Positions 8,383-16,589 of a stretch of 18,111 nucleotides of DNA are shown piece by piece. The translations under genes and the position numbers were made by a program. How positions within the stretch are numbered: the first letter of the stretch is position 1; each line of letters starts with the position of its first letter. Below the pieces are notes generated by a model. It did no database searches. It was not told the DNA's origin and worked only from the letters and a program-made list of their open reading frames with translations. The stretch is from a candidate division WOR-3 bacterium (lineage in GTDB: Bacteria > Hydrothermota > Hydrothermia > JBDRYB01). The DNA lies in NCBI GenBank assembly GCA_049969615.1, contig JBMFOM010000032.1:1-18111 (forward strand), given 5' to 3'.

Positions 8383-9444
8383 TTTGCTTGCCTCCCCAGC
8401 GAAAGCAGGTATTTTCTCATGAACTCGGTTATCTCGCCATCAAGGACAGCATCGGTATTGCCGGTCTCGTGGCCTGTTCTGTGGTCCTTGACCATCCGGT
8501 ATGGGTGCAGGACATAGCTCCTTATCTGGTGGCCCCAACCTATTTCGTGTTTCTCGCCGGTTTTCGCCTTCATTGCTTCCTTCTGAGCTTCTCGCTCAGC
8601 CTCGTAAAGCCTGGCCCGGAGGATGCGCAGGGCGTTGATTTTGTTTTGGTGCTGTGAGCGCTCCGATTGACAGGAAACGACTATTCCAGTAGGTTCATGT
8701 ATTACCCGGACAGCTGTGTCATTTTTTTGCATGTGTTGGCCACCCGGACCAGAGGCCCTGAAGGTCTCGATCCTCACATCGTTCATGTCCAGCTCAACCT
8801 CAACCTCCTCAACCTCCGGATAAACGAAGACTGAGGCAAAGGAGGTGTGCCTCCGGTGCGCCGCATCAAACGGACTTATCCTGACGAGCCGGTGAACGCC
8901 CCGTTCCGCCTTCAGGTAGCCGTAGGCATATGGTCCTTCCGCCAGGATAACAGCATCCTTTATGCCGGCCTCGTCGCCAGGTTGATAATCAAGGGTCTTG
9001 ACACCGTAGCCCTCCCTCTCGGCCCACCTGAGATACATCCGGAGAAGCATCTGTGCCCAGTCCTGGGATTCGGTTCCGCCGGCGCCGGGGTGAATGCTCA
9101 GAATAGCGTTCTTCAGGTCGTCAGGGTCAGAGAGAACCAGCCTCAGCTCAAGTTCGTCAAGGTCTTTCTCAATAGTTTCTATTTCTGCCGAAAGCTCTTG
9201 AACTGCGGTTGGGTTTTCTTTTATCAGCTCGTCCAAGGTCTCAACCTCCGATTCCAGGCGGCCGAACAGATCAAGCTTCTCCCTTATCGCGGCCAGCTCG
9301 GCCATCAAAGCCCTTGCCTGGCCCTGGTCAGCCCAGAAATCAGGAGCGCCTGCCAGAGCCTCTATCTCACGCGCTCGCGCGGAGAGGGTCTCTGTATCAA
9401 AGGAACCCCCTGAGCTCGGAAAGCCTCTTCTTCAGTTCCTCCAT
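8379..9444 (-). CDS. prfB: Peptide chain release factor 2, translated via programmed +1 frameshift (join 9444..9400 + 9398..8379; 354 aa)
   Basis: First frame ATG 9444 MEELKKRLSELRGFL-TGA; the +1 frame continues DTETLSARAREIEALAGAPDFWAD into the ORF containing GAGGTESQDW, RLVRISPFD (SPF), GGQ and WGHQIRSY. Confidence 0.96.
9396..9411 (-). promoter_or_regulatory. prfB +1 ribosomal frameshift cassette AGGGGG-TTC-CTT-TGA-T
   Basis: Internal SD-like AGGGGG (9411-9406), 3-nt spacer, shift codon CTT (9402-9400) and in-frame TGA (9399-9397). Confidence 0.93.
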
Positions 9445-9462
9445 GGTCCCAAGTCTTCAGAT

Positions 9463-9738
9463 TTACTGGTTCATCATGCCGAGCATGGCACATCCACCGC
9501 TGAGGATACAGCATATTCCTATGGCGATAATGAGGACAGCCGCTATGCCTATTATCAGCCATATCCACCACTTGCTCTTCTTCTCTGGAGGGGGCCCTCC
9601 CACCACTTCTCCGGTATATGGGCCTGATGCCACGGAAGAGGTCGGGGTTTCTCCGGGGCCGCCGAGCAATGCTCCGCATTTCACACAATACCTGGACTCG
9701 TCAGGGTTTTCAGCTCCGCAGTTTGGGCAGTTTTTCAC
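9463..9738 (-). CDS. Zinc-ribbon domain membrane protein
   Basis: CPNC-x10-CVKC, Pro/Gly linker, KKSK followed by a transmembrane helix; GGAGGT SD (9749-9744) supports GTG 9738 over ATG 9834. Confidence 0.85.
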   Translation of the reverse strand: MKNCPNCGAENPDESRYCVKCGALLGGPGETPTSSVASGPYTGEVVGGPPPEKKSKWWIWLIIGIAAVLIIAIGICCILSGGCAMLGMMNQ

Positions 9739-9762
9739 AACAAACCTCCATGCTAGAAAGCA

Positions 9763-9792
9763 ATTATAAACGCCATGGCAAGGCCCATTCAA
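9763..9792 (-). promoter_or_regulatory. Putative promoter for the zinc-ribbon/prfB operon (TTGAAT-N18-TATAAT)
   Basis: Minus strand reads TTGAAT GGGCCTTGCCATGGCGTT TATAAT upstream of the SD. Confidence 0.55.
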
Positions 9793-10016
9793 ATTGAAAG
9801 GCCGCGGTCTGGAACCCATTTTGAGATGGTACATCAGAGGAGAAAGGACTTCCCGCTGAGACCTGGTTGAATCCCAGATTGAGCCTGTCCCAGAATGGGG
9901 TTATTGAGAGGATATCTCATGTAAGATCCGCTCCAGGCCGCATTTTTAGAACTGGAAGGCATCAAAAAATTGTATTGTGAGACAGGTTCAACCTGGATTA
10001 TAAACTTTCGCGATAC

Positions 10017-10046
10017 TTGATCGTACATCAATAAAAGGTTAATAAT
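10017..10046 (+). promoter_or_regulatory. Putative promoter TTGATC-N17/18-(T)AATAAT
   Basis: TTGATC at 10017-10022, then GGTTAATAAT at 10037-10046, upstream of SD GGAGGT (10065-10070). Confidence 0.5.
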
Positions 10047-10076
10047 ATGGTGCTAGCTGACTGTGGAGGTGTAATT

Positions 10077-11843
10077 ATGAGTATAGCTATACTGCTGCTT
10101 TCAGCAGTGATAACCGTGCCGGCTGAACCGGCACAGGCAAGCGAGGCAGGGGTTGTTAGATTGGCCGAGAGGGCCCACCCGAACATGGTCGCGATCGCAC
10201 CAGCCGCCATGATGGCCGTGTCCGCGGATGACATGACCAGGGTGGAGAGGGTTCCGGGCTCTGACAATGCCCAGGTCGTATCCCAGGTCATCGGGGACAA
10301 CGGGTCTGGCGAATATGTGCCCTTCGCGGGCGCAGGCTGGAGGTGGAACGAGGTCTATAACGCCACATACCCCCACACGGACGACGGCCCTGACTACTGG
10401 CCTTCCATACGGGAGGATGGACTGGGAACCCTCTGGGCAGTGTATCAGGGAGTCAACGCAAGCTACAGCTATGACACGATTTATGTGTTCTGCTCTACGG
10501 ACAACGGCTCAACATGGCTGTATCGCGTCGCGATATCTGGCTCTCCCGCGAACTATGACCCTATTTTCCCTCAACTCTCCGTTGACAGGGTCGGGAACTG
10601 GGTCTATATCGCCAACATCCTGGCAGAGCAGGACGGAAGCGGTCAATATTATACGGACGGGACCCTGTGGGTGACCCGTTTCCAACACACCGGCGGCGGC
10701 GCGATATCCAACCTGGGGACATACAAGTGCGACCCCCAGGGCTGGGGTGGCCTCTACTTCGGGTGCGCGGCCGCGCCGGACGGCTCAGGCTCATCCTACC
10801 TGTATCTCTGCGGGATGGACTGGGTCGGCTCCGGAGGTGATTACTTGGTTGACTACTACAGGAGTTCGGACCGCGGCGCGACCTGGACATATGTGAGCAG
10901 CAACGACATGGGGACCAGCATAACCAACTGCATAGCGGGCACCCCGATAAACGGCGGCACGGGCGCGCTCATAGGCTGGATTGAACCGGACGACGCGAAC
11001 AACGGCGATGGCAGTGGGGCGAACGAGAACGACTACGATTTCTACTGGCGCGAGCTCACCAGCTCTACCCACCCCACCTATTACTTTGATGCCGGCGGCG
11101 CTTATTTCAGGGGACTCTTCTCCATGGCGGCATACGGCACGATGTGGGTTGCTCCTTTTGACGAGGCAAGGGCCGCGAGCAACTTTGACGCCTACTTCTA
11201 CTACTACGATGGATCCTCCTACTGGCTCTACACCTGGGACAACACCGCGACGGATGTCCGCTCGCTCGCCACGGACATGATCCCCCAGAACAACGCTGTC
11301 CTCATGTCCTCATATAGGCAGTCATCAGGTCTGAACGGAAGGCCCTATTTCGCCTGGGCAACAACCGCTGACATGGCCATCTGGTATCCCTACTCCGTGT
11401 GCGACTACGATGTCTTCAACGCGGACGCCATAACCGTTCCCTCCGGCGCCACCACCAAGCACACGGATGTCGCCGCGACGCCCGTCGCCTTTGGTGGCTA
11501 CAGCTGGCAACCCCACATCATGTGGAGAAGGACATCCGGCGCGGCTGGCGGTGGAGACCCCTGGCATTCCTGGCCTGATCCAAGTGTCGGGACAGAGGAA
11601 TCCGCTGGGGGCCCCGGCCTCTTCGTGGCATTCGTTGGCAAGGGCATAGCCTATTCGGTTCCCGGCAAGACGAATGCGAGACTCTCCGTCTATGACGCGA
11701 CGGGCAGAATGGTCTGTGGCACCGAGAATACCCTCTCGGGCAAGGGCATCCTGCAACTGCCTGACTTGAACCAGGGGGTCTATTTCTTCACCTTCACCAC
11801 GGATGAGTTCGGATCAACCAGGGGCAGATTTGCCCTGAAATAA
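10077..11843 (+). CDS. Secreted Asp-box (BNR) probable beta-propeller protein with T9SS type-A-like C-terminal domain
   Basis: SD GGAGGT 6 nt before ATG 10077; Asp-boxes STDNGSTW and SSDRGATW; Tyr/Trp/Gly/Asp-rich body; C-terminal GTEE...LSVYDATGRMV...LNQGVYF...RFALK. Confidence 0.82.
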   Translation: MSIAILLLSAVITVPAEPAQASEAGVVRLAERAHPNMVAIAPAAMMAVSADDMTRVERVPGSDNAQVVSQVIGDNGSGEYVPFAGAGWRWNEVYNATYPHTDDGPDYWPSIREDGLGTLWAVYQGVNASYSYDTIYVFCSTDNGSTWLYRVAISGSPANYDPIFPQLSVDRVGNWVYIANILAEQDGSGQYYTDGTLWVTRFQHTGGGAISNLGTYKCDPQGWGGLYFGCAAAPDGSGSSYLYLCGMDWVGSGGDYLVDYYRSSDRGATWTYVSSNDMGTSITNCIAGTPINGGTGALIGWIEPDDANNGDGSGANENDYDFYWRELTSSTHPTYYFDAGGAYFRGLFSMAAYGTMWVAPFDEARAASNFDAYFYYYDGSSYWLYTWDNTATDVRSLATDMIPQNNAVLMSSYRQSSGLNGRPYFAWATTADMAIWYPYSVCDYDVFNADAITVPSGATTKHTDVAATPVAFGGYSWQPHIMWRRTSGAAGGGDPWHSWPDPSVGTEESAGGPGLFVAFVGKGIAYSVPGKTNARLSVYDATGRMVCGTENTLSGKGILQLPDLNQGVYFFTFTTDEFGSTRGRFALK

Positions 11844-11865
11844 CCCGTCATCAAACGAAAACCAT

Positions 11866-11894
11866 GGGCCGGGCCCCTCGCTCGGCTTTTTGTT
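11866..11894 (+). terminator. Probable intrinsic terminator
   Basis: GCCGGG-CCCCTCG-CTCGGC hairpin (one G-U pair) followed by TTTTTGTT, about 25 nt after stop 11843. Confidence 0.65.
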
Positions 11895-11922
11895 GCCTTC
11901 ACGGCCCGGGAGGCCATATAAT
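11893..11922 (+). promoter_or_regulatory. Putative promoter TTGCCT-N18-TATAAT
   Basis: TTGCCT at 11893-11898 and TATAAT at 11917-11922, 6 nt before GTG 11929. Confidence 0.55.
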
Positions 11923-11928
11923 TTGCAT

Positions 11929-12399
11929 GTGATACTGCTCGCAATTCTCGCCACTGAGCCGGAATCCACAGCAACAGCGCCTCCACCTAGCGCGCCCTTC
12001 CAGACCGAGTATTTCTCATACGGCAGGCTCCAGATGACGCTTCCTTTGCCCTGCGTGATTGACACGGTCAAGGGCAGGGACTACACCTGGTATGCCATCA
12101 AGACCAAAACCTGGTCAATTCCGCTGAACCTCCTGGTGGGCTACAGCCTTCCCAGCAAGGGCTTCACTGATAGGAACGACGTCGTGATAGCAGGAAGGGA
12201 GCGCAAGGACCTGGCGGGGACAAAGGGTATGGCAACCTGGGGGACATACAAGGACAAGTCCGGACTCTGGTTTGACTTCACCTCTTCCAAGCTCTTCGGG
12301 AAGGATGTCTTCCTCAGGGTGTGGTATGAGCGCGCGACTGAATCCGACACAATGAACCTCAGGAGGGCCATAGAAACATTGGAGGTTATCAAACAGTGA
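11929..12399 (+). CDS. Hypothetical exported protein
   Basis: GTG start gives MILLAILA, then a Thr/Ala/Pro linker (TEPESTATAPPPSAP) and a beta-rich domain; GTGA overlap with the next gene. The track start 11890 lies in the terminator/promoter. Confidence 0.65.
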   Translation: MILLAILATEPESTATAPPPSAPFQTEYFSYGRLQMTLPLPCVIDTVKGRDYTWYAIKTKTWSIPLNLLVGYSLPSKGFTDRNDVVIAGRERKDLAGTKGMATWGTYKDKSGLWFDFTSSKLFGKDVFLRVWYERATESDTMNLRRAIETLEVIKQ

Positions 12400-13373
12400 T
12401 AAGGGTCTCACTCATCGGCCTCGGAAACTGGGGGAAAAATATACTGCGTGCCCTCATTAGCCTTCATAGGGCAAGAATTGAGATGATCTGCGACACGAGG
12501 GAGGATACCTTACAATCCATGCTCGGAATATATCCAACCCTCACCGGCACCAGGGACACGGACAGGGCAACCAACGGCGTTGATGCAGCTATTATAGCAA
12601 CGCCATCGCCTACCCACTACGAGATAGCGAAAATGGCCCTTGAAAAGGGCCTCCATGTTTTTGTGGAGAAACCGATGGCCATGAAAGCGGGGGAGGCAGA
12701 GGAGCTGGTTGAACTATCCGAGAAAAAGGATCTGATCCTGATGCCTGGACATATCTTGCTGTTTCATCCGGGCATCAAGAAGCTCAGGGAATTGCTTGAC
12801 GCCGGAGAGCTGGGAAACCTCTTTTACATATACTCCCAGAGAACAAACCTGGGCGTTGTGCGCCAAGATGAAAATGTGATCTGGTCCCTTGCTCCGCATG
12901 ATATATACATTTCCAACTACCTGATGGGCGCGGAACCGGTTTCCGCGACAGGTTTTGGCAGGGACTTTTTGCAGGATGGGGTTGAGGATGTGGGTTTTAT
13001 CACGCTTGAATATCCAGGAGCCAGGTTCTCTCACATCCATGTCTCATGGCTTGATCCGAAGAAGACCAGACGACTGACCGTTGTTGGATCAAGAAAAATG
13101 GCTGTCCTTGATGATATGGAGGAAGAAGAGAAGCTCAAGGTCTATGACAAGGGCGTTGTGGCAAAGCTATCCCCGGACGAGATCCCGCCAGGCACATTTC
13201 ACATAAGATATGGGGACATATATTCGCCCAAGCTGGACAAGTCTGAACCCCTCAACGCGGAGCTCGCGCATTTCCTGGATTGCGCCGAGAGCAAAACAAA
13301 GCCTATTGCCGACGGAAGGGGTGGCCTGGCAGTGGTCAGAGTGCTGGAAAACATTTCGGCTTTACGTAAATAG
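12396..13373 (+). CDS. Gfo/Idh/MocA-family NAD(P)-dependent oxidoreductase
   Basis: Rossmann IGLGNWG, IATPSPTHY, HVFVEKPM, GHILLFHP, RTNLG, WSLAPHD and SWLDP; resembles members found in nucleotide-sugar clusters. Confidence 0.92.
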   Translation: MIRVSLIGLGNWGKNILRALISLHRARIEMICDTREDTLQSMLGIYPTLTGTRDTDRATNGVDAAIIATPSPTHYEIAKMALEKGLHVFVEKPMAMKAGEAEELVELSEKKDLILMPGHILLFHPGIKKLRELLDAGELGNLFYIYSQRTNLGVVRQDENVIWSLAPHDIYISNYLMGAEPVSATGFGRDFLQDGVEDVGFITLEYPGARFSHIHVSWLDPKKTRRLTVVGSRKMAVLDDMEEEEKLKVYDKGVVAKLSPDEIPPGTFHIRYGDIYSPKLDKSEPLNAELAHFLDCAESKTKPIADGRGGLAVVRVLENISALRK

Positions 13374-13511
13374 GCGGTCCCGCTCGCGCCTACTCCAATG
13401 TTTAGAGACCTCTTCTAGCTACCCCTATGTTCTGAGATCCGCATAAAATCAAGGTTTGGTTTCTTGGAATGGTCAGTTTTGGTCAAAAACATGGTGCCGA
13501 CATATTCCTTT

Positions 13512-13832
13512 ATGTTTGCCAGAGTAAAGACCGTCATCAGAGGAGGCAAGGCTCTTCGCTACCTCCAGATAGTTGAGAACATCTGGGACAAGAAGAGAAA
13601 GAGGGCCACCCAGAGGGCCGTTTTCTCCATACCCGGGGCTGAGGGCCTTGAGCTCCGGTGCCTACACAGGGCGCTTGAGATCTTGTATGAGAACAAGGAG
13701 ATGATAGAGAGGGCCTTCAGGACCCCGAAATCATCCCTTGAGACCTCTGTTCAATACCACCATTCTCATAGGATAGGTTTAATTTTGGTACAGGTCGTCA
13801 GCCTTGAATTATCAATGGATCGGCCCACCTGA
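13512..13832 (+). pseudogene. IS1634-family transposase remnant (internally deleted and truncated)
   Basis: MFARVKT...RYLQIVENIWDKKRKRATQR resembles the IS1634 N-terminus and IPGAEGLELRCLHRALEILYENKEMIE resembles a more internal IS1634 block; no DDE core; only 106 aa. Confidence 0.7.
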
Positions 13833-13935
13833 CATTGCTCAGTTTATTTCTGGAGCCCGGCCGTGGCAAAACTGGGCTCATTAAGAAACTAGAACTGTTG
13901 CCTTGGGTATGTTTGGTTTCCTCAGATACTAATAG

Positions 13936-13964
13936 GTGATCCTGCGCAGAAAATGGGTTATAAT
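13936..13964 (+). promoter_or_regulatory. Putative promoter GTGATC-N17-TATAAT
   Basis: GTGATC at 13936-13941 and TATAAT at 13959-13964, 6 nt before in-frame TTG 13971. Confidence 0.55.
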
Positions 13965-13970
13965 TTGTGC

Positions 13971-14780
13971 TTGCAGGAACCAGATCTGATTCTCAGAAAA
14001 AACACCGACAACGACGCAGGTTGGAGCCTATGTGCGGGATTCACGGTCATAGCCGGGCCATGTGCGGTTGAGTCCCGTGAGAGCCTCATGGAGATAGCTC
14101 ACCTCGTTTCCGAGGAAGGGATAAAGATAATGCGCGCCGGGGTCTTCAAGCCAAGGACCTCACCATACTCCTTCCGTGGGCTTGGTGAGAATGCCCTACT
14201 CATGCTATCCGAGGTAAAAGAGAGGTTTAGGCTTCAGGTTGTCTCCGAGGTCATGTCCGCCGAGCACATACAGATCATGTCCCCGGTCATAGACATATTC
14301 CAGGTTGGTTCCAGGAACATGTTCAATTACACTCTGCTTGAGGCGGTTGGTGGGGCTGGCAGGCCGATTCTGCTCAAGAGAGGAATGATGGCCAGCATCC
14401 GGGAATTCCTATGGTCAGCCGAATACATCGCGCTGGCAGGCGAGCGGAGGATAATTCTCTGTGAGAGGGGCATAAGGGGTTTTGACACCGAGACCAGAAA
14501 CCTGTTGGACCTCTCGGCAGTACCAATATTGAAAGAGAGAACATATCTGCCGGTCATCGTTGATCCCAGCCATGGAACGGGACGGCGTGAACTGGTCATA
14601 CCCATGGCCCGGGCCGCTATGGCCGCGGGCGCGGACGGGGTGATGGTGGAGATTCATCCTGAACCCGACAGGGCGTTATCCGATGGGCGACAAGCTCTGG
14701 ACTTCACTGGGTTCAGAAGGCTGATGCGGGAGCTCAGAGCATTATCCCGCGCGCTTTCGGAAACAACCGAGGAGGTTTGA
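13971..14780 (+). CDS. aroF: 3-deoxy-7-phosphoheptulonate (DAHP) synthase, type I-beta, catalytic barrel only
   Basis: [18 protein letters not shown] (KPRTS rather than the KDO8P-synthase KANRS), QVGSRNM, LLKRG, LCERG, DPSHGTG, EIHP and SDG. Alternative start ATG 13953 overlaps the predicted promoter. Confidence 0.92.
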   Translation: MQEPDLILRKNTDNDAGWSLCAGFTVIAGPCAVESRESLMEIAHLVSEEGIKIMRAGVFKPRTSPYSFRGLGENALLMLSEVKERFRLQVVSEVMSAEHIQIMSPVIDIFQVGSRNMFNYTLLEAVGGAGRPILLKRGMMASIREFLWSAEYIALAGERRIILCERGIRGFDTETRNLLDLSAVPILKERTYLPVIVDPSHGTGRRELVIPMARAAMAAGADGVMVEIHPEPDRALSDGRQALDFTGFRRLMRELRALSRALSETTEEV

Positions 14781-14781
14781 A

Positions 14782-15480
14782 ATGTTTGTTCTTTTGATTC
14801 TATCTCAGACGCAGTTGCAGATCACGGGATCGGGCGGTTTCCGGGTCTCGGTTCCATCGGAATGGAGCTTCTACCAACGCGATGCCGACAGATTCGTTGT
14901 CTCTGGTCCGGCATGGGGTTTTGGTGGCATTGTCCGCTCAGGCCAGTTCGGGATTGGGATGAATTTTCTCACGGCCGGCTACGGGACAATAGAGGTCCAC
15001 GACAATGAGACCGGAGATGTCCAGGAAATAGAGGACGCTGATGTTTCCAGAACTGACTTTAGCATGGAGGGGAGGTTCTACCCCTCCGAGTTTTATCTGG
15101 GTTTCCTGTTCAATTATCACTCCGAGGAATGGGCCGCCGATATTATCTGGCGGTTTAAGGAACGACACTCTGGCAATTCCTTTGGACTCGTGCTGGGATA
15201 CGAAATGCCCCCGAAGCATATGGGCATAGCGCCGTTCATGCAGGGAAGTCTGGCCTATACGACAGCCACCAGAAAGATAACATGGGGCCAGGCCTCTGAC
15301 ACTGATGATGGCCAAGGCGCGCGGTTTGCTGGCGAGGTAGGACTCGCTTACTATTACAAACCGATATACCTGAACCTGGGTTTCATGGGTCAGGGATTCG
15401 TCGCGGAGTTTGGGGACGACAGCGTGACATCCCACTCTAACATGTGGGGGCTTTTCTTCGGAGCAGGGGCGTATTTCTAG
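14782..15480 (+). CDS. Outer-membrane beta-barrel protein
   Basis: Short hydrophobic N-terminus, alternating amphipathic Gly/aromatic strands, terminal LFFGAGAYF ending in Phe (BAM-type signal); GAGGAGG SD inside the aroF 3' end. Confidence 0.75.
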   Translation: MFVLLILSQTQLQITGSGGFRVSVPSEWSFYQRDADRFVVSGPAWGFGGIVRSGQFGIGMNFLTAGYGTIEVHDNETGDVQEIEDADVSRTDFSMEGRFYPSEFYLGFLFNYHSEEWAADIIWRFKERHSGNSFGLVLGYEMPPKHMGIAPFMQGSLAYTTATRKITWGQASDTDDGQGARFAGEVGLAYYYKPIYLNLGFMGQGFVAEFGDDSVTSHSNMWGLFFGAGAYF

Positions 15481-15499
15481 CTATACAGGAGGGAAAGCA

Positions 15500-16531
15500 A
15501 CGAACAACCTAAAACGGGCAAGTATAGCCCTTGTTGGCCCGTGGCCCCGGCCATGGGGAGGAGTGTCAGCCCATCTGTTCAGACTGGCCGGGAGGCTTCG
15601 CGAGAATGGGTTTGAGGTTTCCATTTATGACGACACGGGCACCCACTCTGGCGAGGGCATTTTCCCCCTGAAGGGAGGGTGGGTCAACCGGTTTGCTCTC
15701 ACGGCGTGGGAGAAGGTCATTCACTATCACTCCCACAGCTGGGGAACCCGGATGAGGCTCTCATTGATGATCGCCAGGGGCAAGAGGGTGGTCTTTACGG
15801 TCCACAGCCTGAGGAACATGCCATCCGGCCCAACGAGAAGGAGGCTGGAGTTCAGGCACATGATGGCGAAAGCTCACTTTATTGCCGTGAACGAGGAAAT
15901 ATCGGCCCTGCTTTCGGGAATGGGGGCAAGGAGCGTTAGGGTCATAGGCCCCTACATATCCCCACCGGACTGGGGGGAGCCACATCCTGAGGCAAGGGCA
16001 TTCCTTGGGTCACACGAACCGACTATAGTTATGAGTGCCTTCTCATTCAAAACATGGGGAAAACGCGACCTCTACGGCATCCTTTCAGCGCTGGATGCTC
16101 TGGCGCTCCTCAAAAACGACTACCCGAAAGCCGGATTGATAATATATCTCTCGCAGATCGGCGAAGAGGGGCTTTTCGGTTTTTTCTCCGATAGGGCGAT
16201 GGAACTCGGTCTGGAAAGAGACATCCTCATCAGGCTTGACGCGGAGGAACCATTTCACACTTGCCTTCCCCTTGCCCAGGTTTTCCTGAGGCCCACCTTC
16301 ACCGATGGCTATAGCCTTTCCATTGCCGAGGCCCTTGAGCTGGGTGTGCCTGTCGTGGCCTCTGACGCTGTCCCCAGGCCCGGCGGCGTCATCCTCTTCA
16401 GGGCCGGCGATCCCGCGGACATGGCCTTCGCTGTAAAGAAGGCCCTCTCGTCAAAACCCAAGAAAATAAACCTGGATTCGTTTCCGAGGACCCTTGAATT
16501 TTACGACCGGCTAATGAGAAGAACGGGATAA
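15500..16531 (+). CDS. Glycosyltransferase family 4 (GT-B); apparent ACG start
   Basis: IALVGPWPRPWGGVSAH N-terminal motif lies upstream of the first canonical start (GTG 15563); FTVHS, FLRPTFTDGYSLSIAEALELGVPVVASD; AGGAGG 7 nt before in-frame ACG 15500. Confidence 0.85.
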   Translation, partial: TNNLKRASIALVGPWPRPWGGVSAHLFRLAGRLRENGFEVSIYDDTGTHSGEGIFPLKGGWVNRFALTAWEKVIHYHSHSWGTRMRLSLMIARGKRVVFTVHSLRNMPSGPTRRRLEFRHMMAKAHFIAVNEEISALLSGMGARSVRVIGPYISPPDWGEPHPEARAFLGSHEPTIVMSAFSFKTWGKRDLYGILSALDALALLKNDYPKAGLIIYLSQIGEEGLFGFFSDRAMELGLERDILIRLDAEEPFHTCLPLAQVFLRPTFTDGYSLSIAEALELGVPVVASDAVPRPGGVILFRAGDPADMAFAVKKALSSKPKKINLDSFPRTLEFYDRLMRRTG

Positions 16532-16589
16532 CGAATGAACATATGGCCATCATAGGCCTTTCGCACTGAACCCCGAACAAGCAAGCAGT

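Noticed and set aside
8379..9444. prfB as a frameshifted pseudogene or selenocysteine readthrough
   Set aside because: The TGA sits in the canonical SD-CTT-TGA cassette and the protein continues in the +1 frame, not the 0 frame.
9860..9880. CTGGTTGAATCCCAG as a tRNA T-arm
   Set aside because: Lacks the TTCRA loop, and no acceptor, D or anticodon arms can be built.
9834..10031. 65-aa minus-strand ORF in the divergent intergenic region
   Set aside because: No SD or motif, and it overlaps predicted promoter elements.
10047..10076. Track start ATG 10047 for the Asp-box protein
   Set aside because: It abuts the -10 element; GGAGGT at 10065-10070 supports ATG 10077.
13971..14780. KDO8P synthase (kdsA) assignment
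   Set aside because: The motif is KPRTS, not KANRS.
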